In this document: piece by piece, positions 1-10,360 of the stretch
How the letters are laid out: each line of letters begins with the position of its first letter
Numbering within the stretch: the stretch's first letter is position 1
From: Thermodesulfobacteriota bacterium
Lineage (GTDB): Bacteria; Desulfobacterota_D; UBA1144; Nemesobacterales; Nemesobacteraceae
NCBI GenBank assembly: GCA_965202785.1
Contig: OZ241855.1
Span: 992,001-1,056,000 of the forward strand
Length of the DNA: 64,000 bases
Reading direction: 5' to 3'
Program-made: the position numbers and the translations under genes
The notes under the pieces: generated by a model
The model's input: only the letters and a program-made list of their open reading frames with translations
What the model was told of the DNA's origin: nothing
Databases searched by the model: none

Positions 1-423
1 TCAGAATTTCGTGTTGGAGATATTCTTTATGGGAAGTTAAGACCCTATCTTAACAAGACGTTAGTTGCGGATGAACCTGGATATTCAACAACAGAGATAG
101 TTGCTCTTCGTTCTTATTTGCCGCTGTGTTCAGAGTACTGTGCCTTAGCACTACGTCGATCGGATTTTGTGAACTACGTAACCAATCTAGGTCAGGGAAC
201 AAAAATGCCGCGTCTCCGCACGAAAGATGCCCTTGTGGCACCATTCCCTCTTCCCCCATTAGCCGAACAATACCGCATCGTTACCAAAGTTAATGAATTG
301 ATGACACTATGTGACCAACTGGAAGTTAGCCTATCTACTTGCAATGACACTCGCTGTCAACTGCTTGACATCCTGTTGGACAAGAGTCTGAAGTCGGCTG
401 CAAATCAAGAGAAAGTTGCATGA
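1..423 (+). CDS. hsdS: Type I restriction-modification specificity subunit, C-terminal part (5' truncated by window edge)
   Basis: Frame open from base 1: FRVGDILYGKLRPYLNK...GTKMPRL...PFPLPPLAEQYRIVTKVNELMTLCDQLE, a TRD plus the conserved PLPPLxEQxRIV helix. Confidence 0.9.
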   Translation, partial: SEFRVGDILYGKLRPYLNKTLVADEPGYSTTEIVALRSYLPLCSEYCALALRRSDFVNYVTNLGQGTKMPRLRTKDALVAPFPLPPLAEQYRIVTKVNELMTLCDQLEVSLSTCNDTRCQLLDILLDKSLKSAANQEKVA

Positions 424-597
424 TTGGAATCAAACCCAGAGGGTAGCGGAAACTGCCTTGGCTGTGATAATCGGGTTTCAGCGTAGAACTATTTTAGGCT
501 GGTTCTGTCTTCAATTACCCCTCCCCTGGTTGCATTTTTGTGTATAATCACACCGGCATTTTCTGTCAACAGGGTCTCTTGGGTTTTTCTCAGAACT

Positions 598-1353
598 ATG
601 TTAAAAAAAGTCACAAAAAAGATCAAGAAACATCTTTTCGGTATTCCTCGAAGCGAGTCTACGCCGGAAGCTACGGACGAACACCTTAAGATTATGGACA
701 CGTGCTCAAAGTACACTATGACTTCAAGGAGTCGTCAGTGGGCGTTAATACAGTCGGTCGAATGGATAGCGAATAACAACATAGAAGGCGACATAGTTGA
801 GTGCGGAGTGTGGAAAGGAGGAAATCTGATACTTTGCGGTCTGATGCTTAAGAGCCTGAATCTTGATAGATTAATATGGGGGTATGACACTTTTACCGGG
901 ATGAGTGAACCAACCGAGGACGACTACTTGATAGGCAATCCCGGGTCAAAGAATTCTTCGTTCACAAGGGACAAATGGTTGGCCAAACAGAAGTCGCAGG
1001 GAATAACGGACTGGAACTATGTGGCAAAGGATGAAGTCGCAAGCAGTTTCAGCAAGGAGGTTGGTACGGACAACCTCAAATTAATCAGCGGCAAAGTTGA
1101 AGACACTCTCACGGTAGAAAACAATCTTCCTGAGAAAATCTCAATTTTGAGGTTGGATACGGATTGGTACGAAAGTACGAAAGTGGAGCTTGAAGTTCTG
1201 TTTCCTCGTCTTCAAAAGGGAGGCGTGCTTATAATCGATGATTATGGGCGCTGGGCGGGGTCCAGGAAAGCTGTTGATGAGTTCTTCGAGGGATACGGAT
1301 TTGTATGGCTGCACCGCGTTAGTAAAAGTTGCAGGCTTTATGTCAATCAGTAG
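598..1353 (+). CDS. TylF/MycF (macrocin O-methyltransferase) family SAM-dependent sugar O-methyltransferase
   Basis: IEGDIVECGVWKGG, YDTFTGM, ISILRLDTDWYEST, LIIDDYG motifs; ATG at 598 preferred over TTG 538. Confidence 0.9.
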   Translation: MLKKVTKKIKKHLFGIPRSESTPEATDEHLKIMDTCSKYTMTSRSRQWALIQSVEWIANNNIEGDIVECGVWKGGNLILCGLMLKSLNLDRLIWGYDTFTGMSEPTEDDYLIGNPGSKNSSFTRDKWLAKQKSQGITDWNYVAKDEVASSFSKEVGTDNLKLISGKVEDTLTVENNLPEKISILRLDTDWYESTKVELEVLFPRLQKGGVLIIDDYGRWAGSRKAVDEFFEGYGFVWLHRVSKSCRLYVNQ

Positions 1354-1560
1354 TTTCGTTCTTTTTTGAATATTTTTTCTTGTTAGGCAATTTTTGCGGC
1401 ATGTATTGCTTTATTGTAAGGAGAATTAATCAAACGGAAAGAAAAAATTCCCGTAAACCGCCTAAAAACATGGCCTGTTTTTGTCGCCGATATGCCGGAC
1501 TTAATGGACCCATGCCGGGTACTGTTGACGCTTTTATTTAACTTCAAGGGGGACTAATTT

Positions 1561-2307
1561 TTGGGTCTTAAGAGTTTTGTTAAACGTAAAGTTTATTTTG
1601 CTAGGATTTGGGCTAGAAAGCAGAGATTTTTTCCCAAAAACAACATTGCACAACCTGGGGAATTAGAATGGCTAATCGAGACTGAGGCAAAATATGGGGG
1701 ATACATACGAGGTTTGCAACGTAAGGTTATAAGTGACCACCATGACTCGCATGGAAGGGCTAAGCTCTTTCGTCGATTTCTGCAGGGTGGGGATCGCATG
1801 TTGTATCATGGTTACGGAAAGAAGTATGCGGAGTATCTGGCCCCCTTTGTTTCCAGCTGTTTCTCCCGCACTGTTACCCTTATAGAACTTGGTATCTTAA
1901 GGGGAACGGGTCTTGCTATCTGGTGTGACCTGTTTAAAAATGGACGTATAGTAGGTCTTGATATTGATCTTGAATACTTCAGTGCGAATGTTGGCAACTT
2001 AAGACGCTTAGGCGCTTTTATACACAACTACCCGGAGTTGTATTATTTTGATCAGTATAAAAGCAATGGCGAATACCTGAGAAGTATTCTGGGAAATGAC
2101 AGGATCGATATTTTTATCGATGATGGTATTCATGATTCCGAGGCTATCATGAATACCATGAAATGCGTTGTTCCTTACCTCTCTGATCAATTCGTATATT
2201 TTGTTGAAGACAACAAGGATGTACATTCGCAGATTCGCCAAAACTATCCGGATTTCACCGTAGCCAGCTATGGTCGCCTTACGGTTATTACGGGAAATTC
2301 CAGTTAA
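1561..2307 (+). CDS. Class I SAM-dependent methyltransferase, MycE/TylE-like
   Basis: HGY..KY..YL, LIELGILRG, W...GRIVGLDID, FDQ, IDIFIDDGIH motifs; GGGGGA SD upstream of TTG. Confidence 0.7.
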   Translation: MGLKSFVKRKVYFARIWARKQRFFPKNNIAQPGELEWLIETEAKYGGYIRGLQRKVISDHHDSHGRAKLFRRFLQGGDRMLYHGYGKKYAEYLAPFVSSCFSRTVTLIELGILRGTGLAIWCDLFKNGRIVGLDIDLEYFSANVGNLRRLGAFIHNYPELYYFDQYKSNGEYLRSILGNDRIDIFIDDGIHDSEAIMNTMKCVVPYLSDQFVYFVEDNKDVHSQIRQNYPDFTVASYGRLTVITGNSS

Positions 2308-2444
2308 TAACGCGGTTCTGGATAACTCTGTAAAAAATTGACTCCGGCAAGGGGAACATGCCCGGTCGCCCTAATCGCAACTTCATTTGACAAGTGCAGA
2401 TATAAGTCAGTTGTCCTATTTCACGGGGCGAAAGTCCAGGAAAT

Positions 2445-3788
2445 TCACTTAATAGGATCTTGCGGTTTCTGTGAAATAGGGGGGGTGGCTCTATGGCGGA
2501 TCCTGTTAAACGTAAACAAGGAAAACACAAGTATTAAAATTGCAGGTACGAGTCTTGATGCGGCGGCTCCGTTATAGGAGTACTCCTGAACCAACACCAA
2601 AAGCACTGCTACATAAGACATAGAGGACAGAGCGACCCTAATCACTCTTTGTCTCAGTCTGTTAAGTGCCAGTTCTGCTGAATCAATCCAGAAACAAAGA
2701 CCCAATAAGACTTCAGAAATGACAATTAGTTGCAGAGCCAATGTGGCGGGTTCGTATGCACTACCGAAGAAAATCGTAATGATTTTGTCCGCGAACAGAA
2801 AAAATATTAGCCCAATCGGCAGGAAAACTTTCAGAAGATTTTTAGTAGAATAGGAAACAATCTCGCTGAAAGCTTCTTTTGAAGCACGACTTTGCGCAGC
2901 CACAAGGGCTGGATATATGGTGTCTTGTACGGGTTTTCGCAATTTTACGCTTACGCCGGAAAAGATTATTGCTACTCTGTATAATCCAACTGCCTCTTTG
3001 CTTGTAAAATGTCCTAGAATCAGCACGGGAATCTGCCTGCTGAAAGCATTGCTAAGAAAACCGGTAAAAGTTGAAACAAGAACAAACGAGCGAACTTCTT
3101 CAAAAGTAACTCCCAAATCTTTGACTTTGGCGGCTGTCCATCTTTTTAACCCCGATTGCCTGAGAACTCTGAGCACCTCTACCTGAAGCATCAGGAAGAA
3201 CACAAAAGCTGCTACCACGTAGCAGACAAAAACTCCTTCTATTCCGAATCCAGCAAGAAGGGAAGCCGCTATCAGGACAACTCTTAATCCGGTACGGGAA
3301 GTTCTCACAAAGGCTATAGTCTTGAACCTGTCAAAGACCCTGAGAACCGCTTCCGAACTCTTATTGACGCTTGATACTAAGATGCTTGCTGAATAAATGA
3401 GCGTGAATTTGAACGTGTTCTCAGAGTGGATAAAGAGGTCGTCTGCCACTCCGGCGAGAACAAGGCACACTCCTAGGGCTGCAATGCCCACTAGGAAATC
3501 AAGCACGTAAAAAAACTTGATGAACGAGAGGACTTTGTCCTTTTCTCCGAGTTCTCGGTACTGTCCGACATACCTTACGACGGCATCGGGGGACCTCAGG
3601 TCGATTAGTCCGTTGATTATGCCGACGTAAGCTATTATCAGGGTGAAGAGACCTAACTGTTCAACCCCTAGAAAACGGGCGATTAGTATGGGTTCGGCTG
3701 CCGAGAAAAGAGAAGCTGCCATGCTTCCACTGAAAAGCCAAGACGCGTTTTTGAAAAGGTTTCTTGTTGAATTGCCCGAGGCCGGCAT
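2445..3788 (-). CDS. Wzx-like oligosaccharide flippase (MOP superfamily)
   Basis: N-terminal LFKNASW..., IARFLGVEQLG, about 12 hydrophobic segments, GHF...VGLYRVA. Confidence 0.85.
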   Translation of the reverse strand: MPASGNSTRNLFKNASWLFSGSMAASLFSAAEPILIARFLGVEQLGLFTLIIAYVGIINGLIDLRSPDAVVRYVGQYRELGEKDKVLSFIKFFYVLDFLVGIAALGVCLVLAGVADDLFIHSENTFKFTLIYSASILVSSVNKSSEAVLRVFDRFKTIAFVRTSRTGLRVVLIAASLLAGFGIEGVFVCYVVAAFVFFLMLQVEVLRVLRQSGLKRWTAAKVKDLGVTFEEVRSFVLVSTFTGFLSNAFSRQIPVLILGHFTSKEAVGLYRVAIIFSGVSVKLRKPVQDTIYPALVAAQSRASKEAFSEIVSYSTKNLLKVFLPIGLIFFLFADKIITIFFGSAYEPATLALQLIVISEVLLGLCFWIDSAELALNRLRQRVIRVALSSMSYVAVLLVLVQEYSYNGAAASRLVPAILILVFSLFTFNRIRHRATPPISQKPQDPIK

Positions 3789-3859
3789 ATGAAAAGTTCC
3801 GTCTAGGAGAGTAAAACACCGTGCGATATAACTTGATTTATTCTACCTGAATAGGTGTG

Positions 3860-4975
3860 CTATCTCCGCTTCTCTAGGATTTCTCTAAATATTTTAAGGT
3901 TTTCCTCAGTCATTTTTTCGACGCTTAATTTCCCCACTCGTTTTTTTGCCTCTTCACCCATTTTCGCTGCGAGAGTCCTGTTCTGAAGCAACTTCAAAAC
4001 GGCTTCTGCCATCTTTTCCGGGGTTCCGACCGGAACGAGAATTCCGCTTTTTCCATTTTCGATAATTTCTCTTGCCCCGAAATCGTGATCGGTGCTTACG
4101 ACCGGAAGTCCTAAGGCAAGAGCTTCTAGCAGTGAGTTTGAAAACCCCTCAAACAGCGAGGAGCAGATAAAAATATTGCATCTTGCGGCATACTTGTGGG
4201 GATTGAGAACGGAACCGGTAAAGTCGATTTTGTCTCCCATGTCAAATTCTTTTGCTGTGGATACGATCTTGCTTTTCAGCGGTCCGTCGCCTACAAGAAG
4301 AAGCCTGAGCGGAGTAACATCGTTTACTGCGCTTACTGCTTTCACCAGGTTTTCATATCCCTTTGATGGAAACAGTCTTCCCACCGCCGCTGCCACAGGG
4401 ATTTCCTCATCGAACCACCGGTGCTCTGCTTCTTCCGTAGATAGCTTCTCTATGCGTTCTATGTCCACACCGTTTTGAACTGTCCGCATTCTCTCTCCGA
4501 CTCCTAGCTGTGCAAGGCTTTTTCTTCCTCCATTCGAAAGCACTATTACCATATCCGCCATTCTGTAGCAGAAGACCTTGGCAAATCCGATTGCGTTTCT
4601 GACGATAGGAGGCCAGCGTTTGAGACTTTCCTTTATGTTGCTAACTTCAACCGCAACGGTCTTGATTCCGAGAATCCTGCCCGCAAAGACCACTGCTGGT
4701 TTTGTTGTCCAGAACCTGCTGTAGAGAATGTCGGGCTCTTTTTGTTTAGCGGTTTTGTAGACGAAACGGAATCGTGAAAGAAAATTCGCGTTAGAATTAT
4801 AAGAAATGATCTTAACCCCGCTTGAGATCTGGGAAGTCATATCCATCTTTTTATCGGTAAGCAGAATCGTAACTTCGCACCCCTTGCGGGCAAACCCGTT
4901 GGCAAGCTCTATGGTCTGCTTTTCGGAACCCCCTCCCCCGAGATTAAGACGGGGAGCTACGATCATTATTTTCAC
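3860..4975 (-). CDS. Glycosyltransferase family 4
   Basis: GGGSEKQ, NGVD, VGRL..SKG, EGFSNSLLEALALGLPVV (ExxxxxxxE). Confidence 0.92.
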   Translation of the reverse strand: MKIMIVAPRLNLGGGGSEKQTIELANGFARKGCEVTILLTDKKMDMTSQISSGVKIISYNSNANFLSRFRFVYKTAKQKEPDILYSRFWTTKPAVVFAGRILGIKTVAVEVSNIKESLKRWPPIVRNAIGFAKVFCYRMADMVIVLSNGGRKSLAQLGVGERMRTVQNGVDIERIEKLSTEEAEHRWFDEEIPVAAAVGRLFPSKGYENLVKAVSAVNDVTPLRLLLVGDGPLKSKIVSTAKEFDMGDKIDFTGSVLNPHKYAARCNIFICSSLFEGFSNSLLEALALGLPVVSTDHDFGAREIIENGKSGILVPVGTPEKMAEAVLKLLQNRTLAAKMGEEAKKRVGKLSVEKMTEENLKIFREILEKRR

Positions 4976-5322
4976 TTCTGCGCATACCTCACTGGTGTCT
5001 TAAGGTTTCTATGGTGTCCGGCACGCGCTTTTTTTGCAAGCGGTATGCTGAAAAGATTTGCATGGGGGTGGAGAGTGCGGCGGTAGCCGACACGGACAAC
5101 AGACTTTTCCGGTGATATGTCAAGCGGTGACTGGAAGGATAAGAAGCATGGCTCATTTCCGCCGGCCGGCTTGAGGTGACCGGACTAAGAGTTGTGCATT
5201 TGAAAAAGCCTGAGGCTTTCCCTGACAAGGAACGAACAGGCTTGGGCCGGTTCAAGTTTTTGAGTGCCGAATTTGACAATAACTTCAGGTTCAAACAGTA
5301 TAAGTGCGGCGTGGGGAGAAAG

Positions 5323-5736
5323 ATGAAAAAGCTCCTTTTGATTCTTCCATTCTTTTTGTTGTTTTCAGTCCCTTCCTATTCGGAAGAAGAGGTTTACAGA
5401 ACTTATACCGACATCGGAGAACTTGAGGAACCTGCCCTCACCATCTCACAGGTTCTTTCCTCCCGTGACGAGTTTCACAGAAAGGTGTTTACCCTTGAGG
5501 GGCGGGTGGGCGAAATAAAGTTCAAGGAAATGAGAGACGGAAAGAAATTCACCCTGTTTTGGCTTTTTGAAGATGATCCCGAAAAAAGAATAAATGTCTA
5601 CGCAAGGGGTTTCGTGGAAGGTATTGAGAACGGAAGCAGGATAAGAATTCTCGGCTGGTACAGAAAGCATAAAAGGTATTTCCTGATAAAGCGCAAAAAT
5701 ATTATGAAAGCGAAGAAGATTCATATTCTTCAATGA
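5323..5736 (+). CDS. Secreted hypothetical protein, possible OB-fold
   Basis: Signal peptide MKKLLLILPFFLLFSVPSYS, GGAG SD; 'LTISQVL...FHRKVFTLEGRV' resembles extracytoplasmic OB folds. Confidence 0.55.
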   Translation: MKKLLLILPFFLLFSVPSYSEEEVYRTYTDIGELEEPALTISQVLSSRDEFHRKVFTLEGRVGEIKFKEMRDGKKFTLFWLFEDDPEKRINVYARGFVEGIENGSRIRILGWYRKHKRYFLIKRKNIMKAKKIHILQ

Positions 5737-6173
5737 ATTTTGGAGGGGGCCGGGTCATTCCTTAAGGAGAGAACCTTCCGAAACAACCGCGGGATTGAAA
5801 GTGTTCCGGGCATTTATAAAAAACCGGTTGCCGTTGCAAATTGAAGATGTAGATGCTTGGGGACCAGAAGACTCATAAAGGAATCAGGCAGATAAAAATT
5901 TTGATAAATGAAAGGCATTCTCTCTTTTCTCAACATTTCTGAACTATGCTCCATATATGTTGCAGGATCAAGCCGTTAAGGTATGGCTGGACTGCGATGG
6001 TATTGTATATTTTATTCAAGATGGGAGATGTGCGCGGAGAAGAACCGGAGTTGGTTATATGGTTTTGATTTCTTGGCAAAGATGACAACAGACGAGACCG
6101 TCGCTTGAATCATGTCCCCATACGCCAGGTTTGACAACAACTCATTCCATCTGTTGGTTAGTCGTGAGCAGCC

Positions 6174-7043
6174 ATGATAAAAATGGAACCGTTAGCAAGA
6201 TCATTGCTGAGACTGTTGCCTGATGAAGCGCTTGTCCGCTTAGAGTTTATATACAATTTCGGCAAGTTTCTGAATTTGAGAAATCCGAAGACTTTCAACG
6301 AGAAAATACAGTGGATAAAACTGTATGAAAAAAACCCCCTGATGACATTGTATGCGGATAAATATGAAGTCAGAAAGATTGTTGAGAAAAAAATCGGGCC
6401 GCACATACTAAATGAACTGTACGGTGTTTTTGAAAGTCCGGACGAAATAGATTTCGATTCATTACCTGAATCTTTCGTTCTAAAAGCAACGCACGGTAGC
6501 GGGTGGAACATAATAGTCAAAAACAAATCGGTTTTTGAAAGGGAAGAAGCAAAAAAGAAGATGAAAAAGTGGCTGGGGAGGAATTTTTACACGAAAAAAA
6601 GGGAATGGGCTTACAAAGATATTCCACCGCGGATAGTTTGCGAAAAATACATGGAGAACAAGGACGGGTCACTAAATGACTATAAGTTTTACTGTTTTAA
6701 TGGAGACCCTCTCTTTATACAAGTAGATTTCGACAGATATACTGGGCACGGGAGAGTATTCTACAACCCCGAATGGCAAAAGCTAGATTTCTTTCTGGCA
6801 AAGAGCAGAAAAGTCCGTCACTATGAAGAAGAGCTTGAACGTCCTGACTCTTTGACGGACATGACTGAAATTGCGTGTGTACTCTCAAGTGATTTCACAT
6901 TTGCGCGTATTGATATGTATGAAGTTGAGGGAAAAGCAGTTTTTGGTGAAGTAACATTCTATCCGAAAAATGGGGGCGGAAGGTTTTCTCCAGAATATTG
7001 GGATGCGGAATTCGGTGATTTACTGCGATTGCCTCAAGTGTAA
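6174..7043 (+). CDS. TupA-like ATP-grasp amidoligase (polysaccharide modification)
   Basis: LNLRNPKTFNEKIQWIKL, ADKYEVR, FVLKATHGSG, DYKFYCFNG, RIDMY, FGEVTFYP. Confidence 0.9.
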   Translation: MIKMEPLARSLLRLLPDEALVRLEFIYNFGKFLNLRNPKTFNEKIQWIKLYEKNPLMTLYADKYEVRKIVEKKIGPHILNELYGVFESPDEIDFDSLPESFVLKATHGSGWNIIVKNKSVFEREEAKKKMKKWLGRNFYTKKREWAYKDIPPRIVCEKYMENKDGSLNDYKFYCFNGDPLFIQVDFDRYTGHGRVFYNPEWQKLDFFLAKSRKVRHYEEELERPDSLTDMTEIACVLSSDFTFARIDMYEVEGKAVFGEVTFYPKNGGGRFSPEYWDAEFGDLLRLPQV

Positions 7044-7252
7044 ATAAATCAGTTTGACGGAGCTTGGTTTTCTCACTCATATGTCAGGGCTTCACAGGAA
7101 TCCGAGTTCGCAAAAACCCCTCAACGCTACCACCTGGGAATTAAACAAGCGGATGGCTTGAACGAGGCAGAACAAGCTTTTTTTGAGCATTGAACAACAT
7201 TTCCATAAACGGTACCGAAGTGATATGTCAAGAGTAAATAAAGCTGTCTGCT

Positions 7253-7897
7253 TTACCGGCCGCGCGTAAAGGTCCAGTACTGCAAGCAGGCCAACAATAT
7301 AAGGAGAGGGATACCGAGTTCTAGTATTTCCTCAATCACGCGCATTGGTGTCTTCACTTCGCTCGATAGGATTATTGCGAAATTCTCACGCAGGATTCGC
7401 GGAGCTGAGTCAAGCAACTTAGCGATCAGCATAACGAGCAGCGCTGCAGCAATTGTTAGCGAGTACCCGTATCGGCTGCGCAGTCCAGATACCAAATGTC
7501 TACCGTAGTTCGTCATATAACGGATCAAAGCATATACGCAGATCAGCAGCACAGCGCCTACTGCAATTCTTTCCACGAGCGGTATAGTAGGTTCTATGTA
7601 GTAATTGAGATTGTTGATTCTCAAGGAAGTCAGCCTACTGTGCATGTCAAGCTCACGAAGCACAAACAACAAGACTACAAAAGCCGAGTAGTATCGGAAT
7701 TTCCAGTCCCCTGAGGCGATAAACAAAAGATATGCGATCCCGCTGAGGTACAAAATGACGGTGAGGTTCTCTATCAAGTTGCCTTCCCGAGAAAGCCGTT
7801 CCACGGTGGCGCTATCCAGAAATATAGCCAGAAAGACGATAATCAAGAGACCTGTGATTACATAGAGAAAGAGAAATGGCTGACCCGTATTTTTCAT
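7253..7897 (-). CDS. Integral membrane hypothetical protein
   Basis: About 6 hydrophobic segments with intramembrane acidic motifs (EGNLIE, RELD, EEILEL). Confidence 0.65.
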   Translation of the reverse strand: MKNTGQPFLFLYVITGLLIIVFLAIFLDSATVERLSREGNLIENLTVILYLSGIAYLLFIASGDWKFRYYSAFVVLLFVLRELDMHSRLTSLRINNLNYYIEPTIPLVERIAVGAVLLICVYALIRYMTNYGRHLVSGLRSRYGYSLTIAAALLVMLIAKLLDSAPRILRENFAIILSSEVKTPMRVIEEILELGIPLLILLACLQYWTFTRGR

Positions 7898-7937
7898 AGA
7901 CCTTGGATTCAATTCACAAAGAAGACTGTAGGTTTTT

Positions 7938-9152
7938 TCATTCGTATCTCAAAGCTTCTATTGGATTAAGCGCAGCCGCTTTTTTCGCCGGATATATTCC
8001 GAAGATGATTCCCACAAGTGCGGAGAACATAAAAGCCACTAGTATGGACAATACTGATATCTGCGTCGGCCAGCCCGTGAGAACCGAAGCAACTTTTGAG
8101 ATCAGTATCCCAACCGCTGTTCCAATTACGCCCCCTATAAGGGAGAGCAGCACGGATTCAATTAGGAACTGAACCAGTATATTTCTCTCTCTGGCCCCAA
8201 CGGCAAGCCTGATTCCTATCTCCCTGGTTCTTTCTCCGACCGAAACAAGCATTATGTTCATTATCCCTATTCCTCCTACCACAAGAGAGATAGAGGCTAT
8301 GCTTCCAAGAAGTACGGTCATGATTCTCGAGATGTTCTCTATGGTCTTTATCTGCGTTTGCTGGGTTTTTACGTAGAAATCGTCTTGCATATCACCCTTG
8401 ATTCCATGTTCCCTGCGCAGGGTTTGTTCTATTTCCGCCTTGGCGTATTCCAGATCGTAGTCGGGGTCTACGAAGATCGAGATTCTGTTAAGAGATTTTG
8501 CGCCTATAAGCCTTTTCTGAACCGAGGTATAAGGAAGAAGGACTATATCATCTTGATCTTTTCCACTAGGGGTGGGGCCGATCGGAGACATTATCCCGAT
8601 GACCTTGTAAGTGTATTTGCCAATCCTCACGTTTTTCCCTACAGGATCTTGGCTTCCAAACAGGTTTTGCTTCGCCGTTTTGCCAAGTACGCAGACAAGA
8701 GCTGCTTTCCTTACGTCAAGTTCGTTGAAGAATGTTCCTTTTTCTGGAAACCAGTCGTTTATGAAGATAAAGTCCTTGCCGACTCCTATAACCGCGGTGA
8801 AGACATTACTGCTTCCCGAGACAACATTCGCGTTCGTGTTGGATATTGCAGACACGTATTTCGTTGCTTCAAGATTCCTTATTGCCTCCACGTCTTTACC
8901 CGTAAGCGGTTTCACGTTGCCAGAAACAATGCTTTTTCCGCTTTTAGTCCTTTTCCCGGTATTTACCACTAGAGAGTTTGCCCCAAGAGACGCCAACTGG
9001 CCTTCTATCATGTTTTTTGCGCCGCCGGTTATGGAGACAAGCGATATCACCGCCGCGATGCCTATGATTATTCCCAAGGCAGTGAGAAAAGATCTTATCT
9101 TGTTGCTTTTTATGGCCCTGTATGAAATCTCAACTGAGAGCAGTAGATTCAT
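7938..9152 (-). CDS. MacB/FtsX-family ABC transporter permease
   Basis: RSFLTALGIIIGIAAVI; SLVVGGIGIMNIMLVSVGERTREIGIRLAVGA; PAKKAAALNPIEALRYE. Confidence 0.93.
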   Translation of the reverse strand: MNLLLSVEISYRAIKSNKIRSFLTALGIIIGIAAVISLVSITGGAKNMIEGQLASLGANSLVVNTGKRTKSGKSIVSGNVKPLTGKDVEAIRNLEATKYVSAISNTNANVVSGSSNVFTAVIGVGKDFIFINDWFPEKGTFFNELDVRKAALVCVLGKTAKQNLFGSQDPVGKNVRIGKYTYKVIGIMSPIGPTPSGKDQDDIVLLPYTSVQKRLIGAKSLNRISIFVDPDYDLEYAKAEIEQTLRREHGIKGDMQDDFYVKTQQTQIKTIENISRIMTVLLGSIASISLVVGGIGIMNIMLVSVGERTREIGIRLAVGARERNILVQFLIESVLLSLIGGVIGTAVGILISKVASVLTGWPTQISVLSILVAFMFSALVGIIFGIYPAKKAAALNPIEALRYE

Positions 9153-9348
9153 GAAATTAATTGTAACCAATTGCCCTTGAGTCGCTAACATGGCTAGCAT
9201 ACGTAATGAAATGGTTTGCGGCGCGGTTATACTAGCAGGCTAAATATATTGTGAAAAACAAGGAGTTGCGCTTCTCCTTTTCTCAGGATATGCAGTTTGT
9301 CTTTCACAGTTCTTTGGGTGGAAATCATTTTTTTGTGAGGCCTGATTT

Positions 9349-10131
9349 ATGAAAGCTATAATACTTGCGGCGGGCAGTGGTACCAGGATGTATCCCTACA
9401 CGCACGACAAGCCCAAGTGTCTTCTTGATATCGGCGGTGTATCGATCCTTGAGCACCAGATAAACAACATAAGGGACTGCGGTATCAACGAGATTGTTAT
9501 CGTCGTCGGATTCCGTTTCGAAAGGGTGGAGGATTTTCTAAGAAGTTTCGACGGTTTGGGAATGAGAATCAATACCCTTTACAACCCCTTCTATCAGTCT
9601 ACCAACAGTCTTGTGTCCCTTTGGATAGCGCGAAGTGAACTTGATGAAGATATAGTGGTTATGAACGGAGACGATGTTTACGAGATAGATGTTCTGGACA
9701 AAGCACTCTCGGTAAGAAATGAAAAAATTTGTCTTCCCATAAAGAGGAGATCTCGGTACGAGAGAGAAGACATGAAAGTTATAGTTGACGACGGCAGGAT
9801 TACAAAGATCAGCAAGGATATATCAAACGGCGAGACCTCTGCTGAATCGGTCGGTATAAGGGTGTTTCGGGATACGGGGGTTGAGCTGCTCAAAAGAGCG
9901 GTTGAAGAGGAGATGAGGAATCCCGGGGCTGAGGGGAAATGGTACATTTCCTCAATACACAGGCTTATAAGCAAGGGGTATGGAATCAAGCCTCTTGATA
10001 TAGGCGAACTTTACTGGATGGATGTTGACTGCCCAATGGATCTTTTCAGGGCGAAGAAGCAGGCTGACAGATTCCTGAAAGATGGATACCGTGCCCCAAA
10101 TCTTCTCAGAATCGTTGACTCTTCCGAATAG
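9349..10131 (+). CDS. LicC-like phosphocholine/sugar-phosphate cytidylyltransferase
   Basis: MKAIILAAGSGTRM...KPKCLL, NPFY..TNSLVSLW, NGD, WMDVD. Confidence 0.8.
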   Translation: MKAIILAAGSGTRMYPYTHDKPKCLLDIGGVSILEHQINNIRDCGINEIVIVVGFRFERVEDFLRSFDGLGMRINTLYNPFYQSTNSLVSLWIARSELDEDIVVMNGDDVYEIDVLDKALSVRNEKICLPIKRRSRYEREDMKVIVDDGRITKISKDISNGETSAESVGIRVFRDTGVELLKRAVEEEMRNPGAEGKWYISSIHRLISKGYGIKPLDIGELYWMDVDCPMDLFRAKKQADRFLKDGYRAPNLLRIVDSSE

Positions 10132-10360
10132 TCCGTCGTGGAAAAATCCGCACTCGCAATTGAGGTGAAGTACCGTGAGGAGATTTTCACGAAACTTTTT
10201 ATTGAATTCTCTTTTTTCTTTCTGCTTGGCTTTCTCCGAGCACGGTAAGGCATCGGAAAAAGCTTTCTTTGAGGAGAAGCCATGGGTGCTTTATAAAATA
10301 GATCGTGTTTAATTGTTCTCTATGTTTCCGGAGACGAAGGAAAATGAATTTGAAGCCCGG

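Noticed and set aside
5079-5090. GGCGGTAGC resembling an ops/JUMPstart element
   Set aside because: Lacks the downstream TG and is on the opposite strand from the GT-wzx genes
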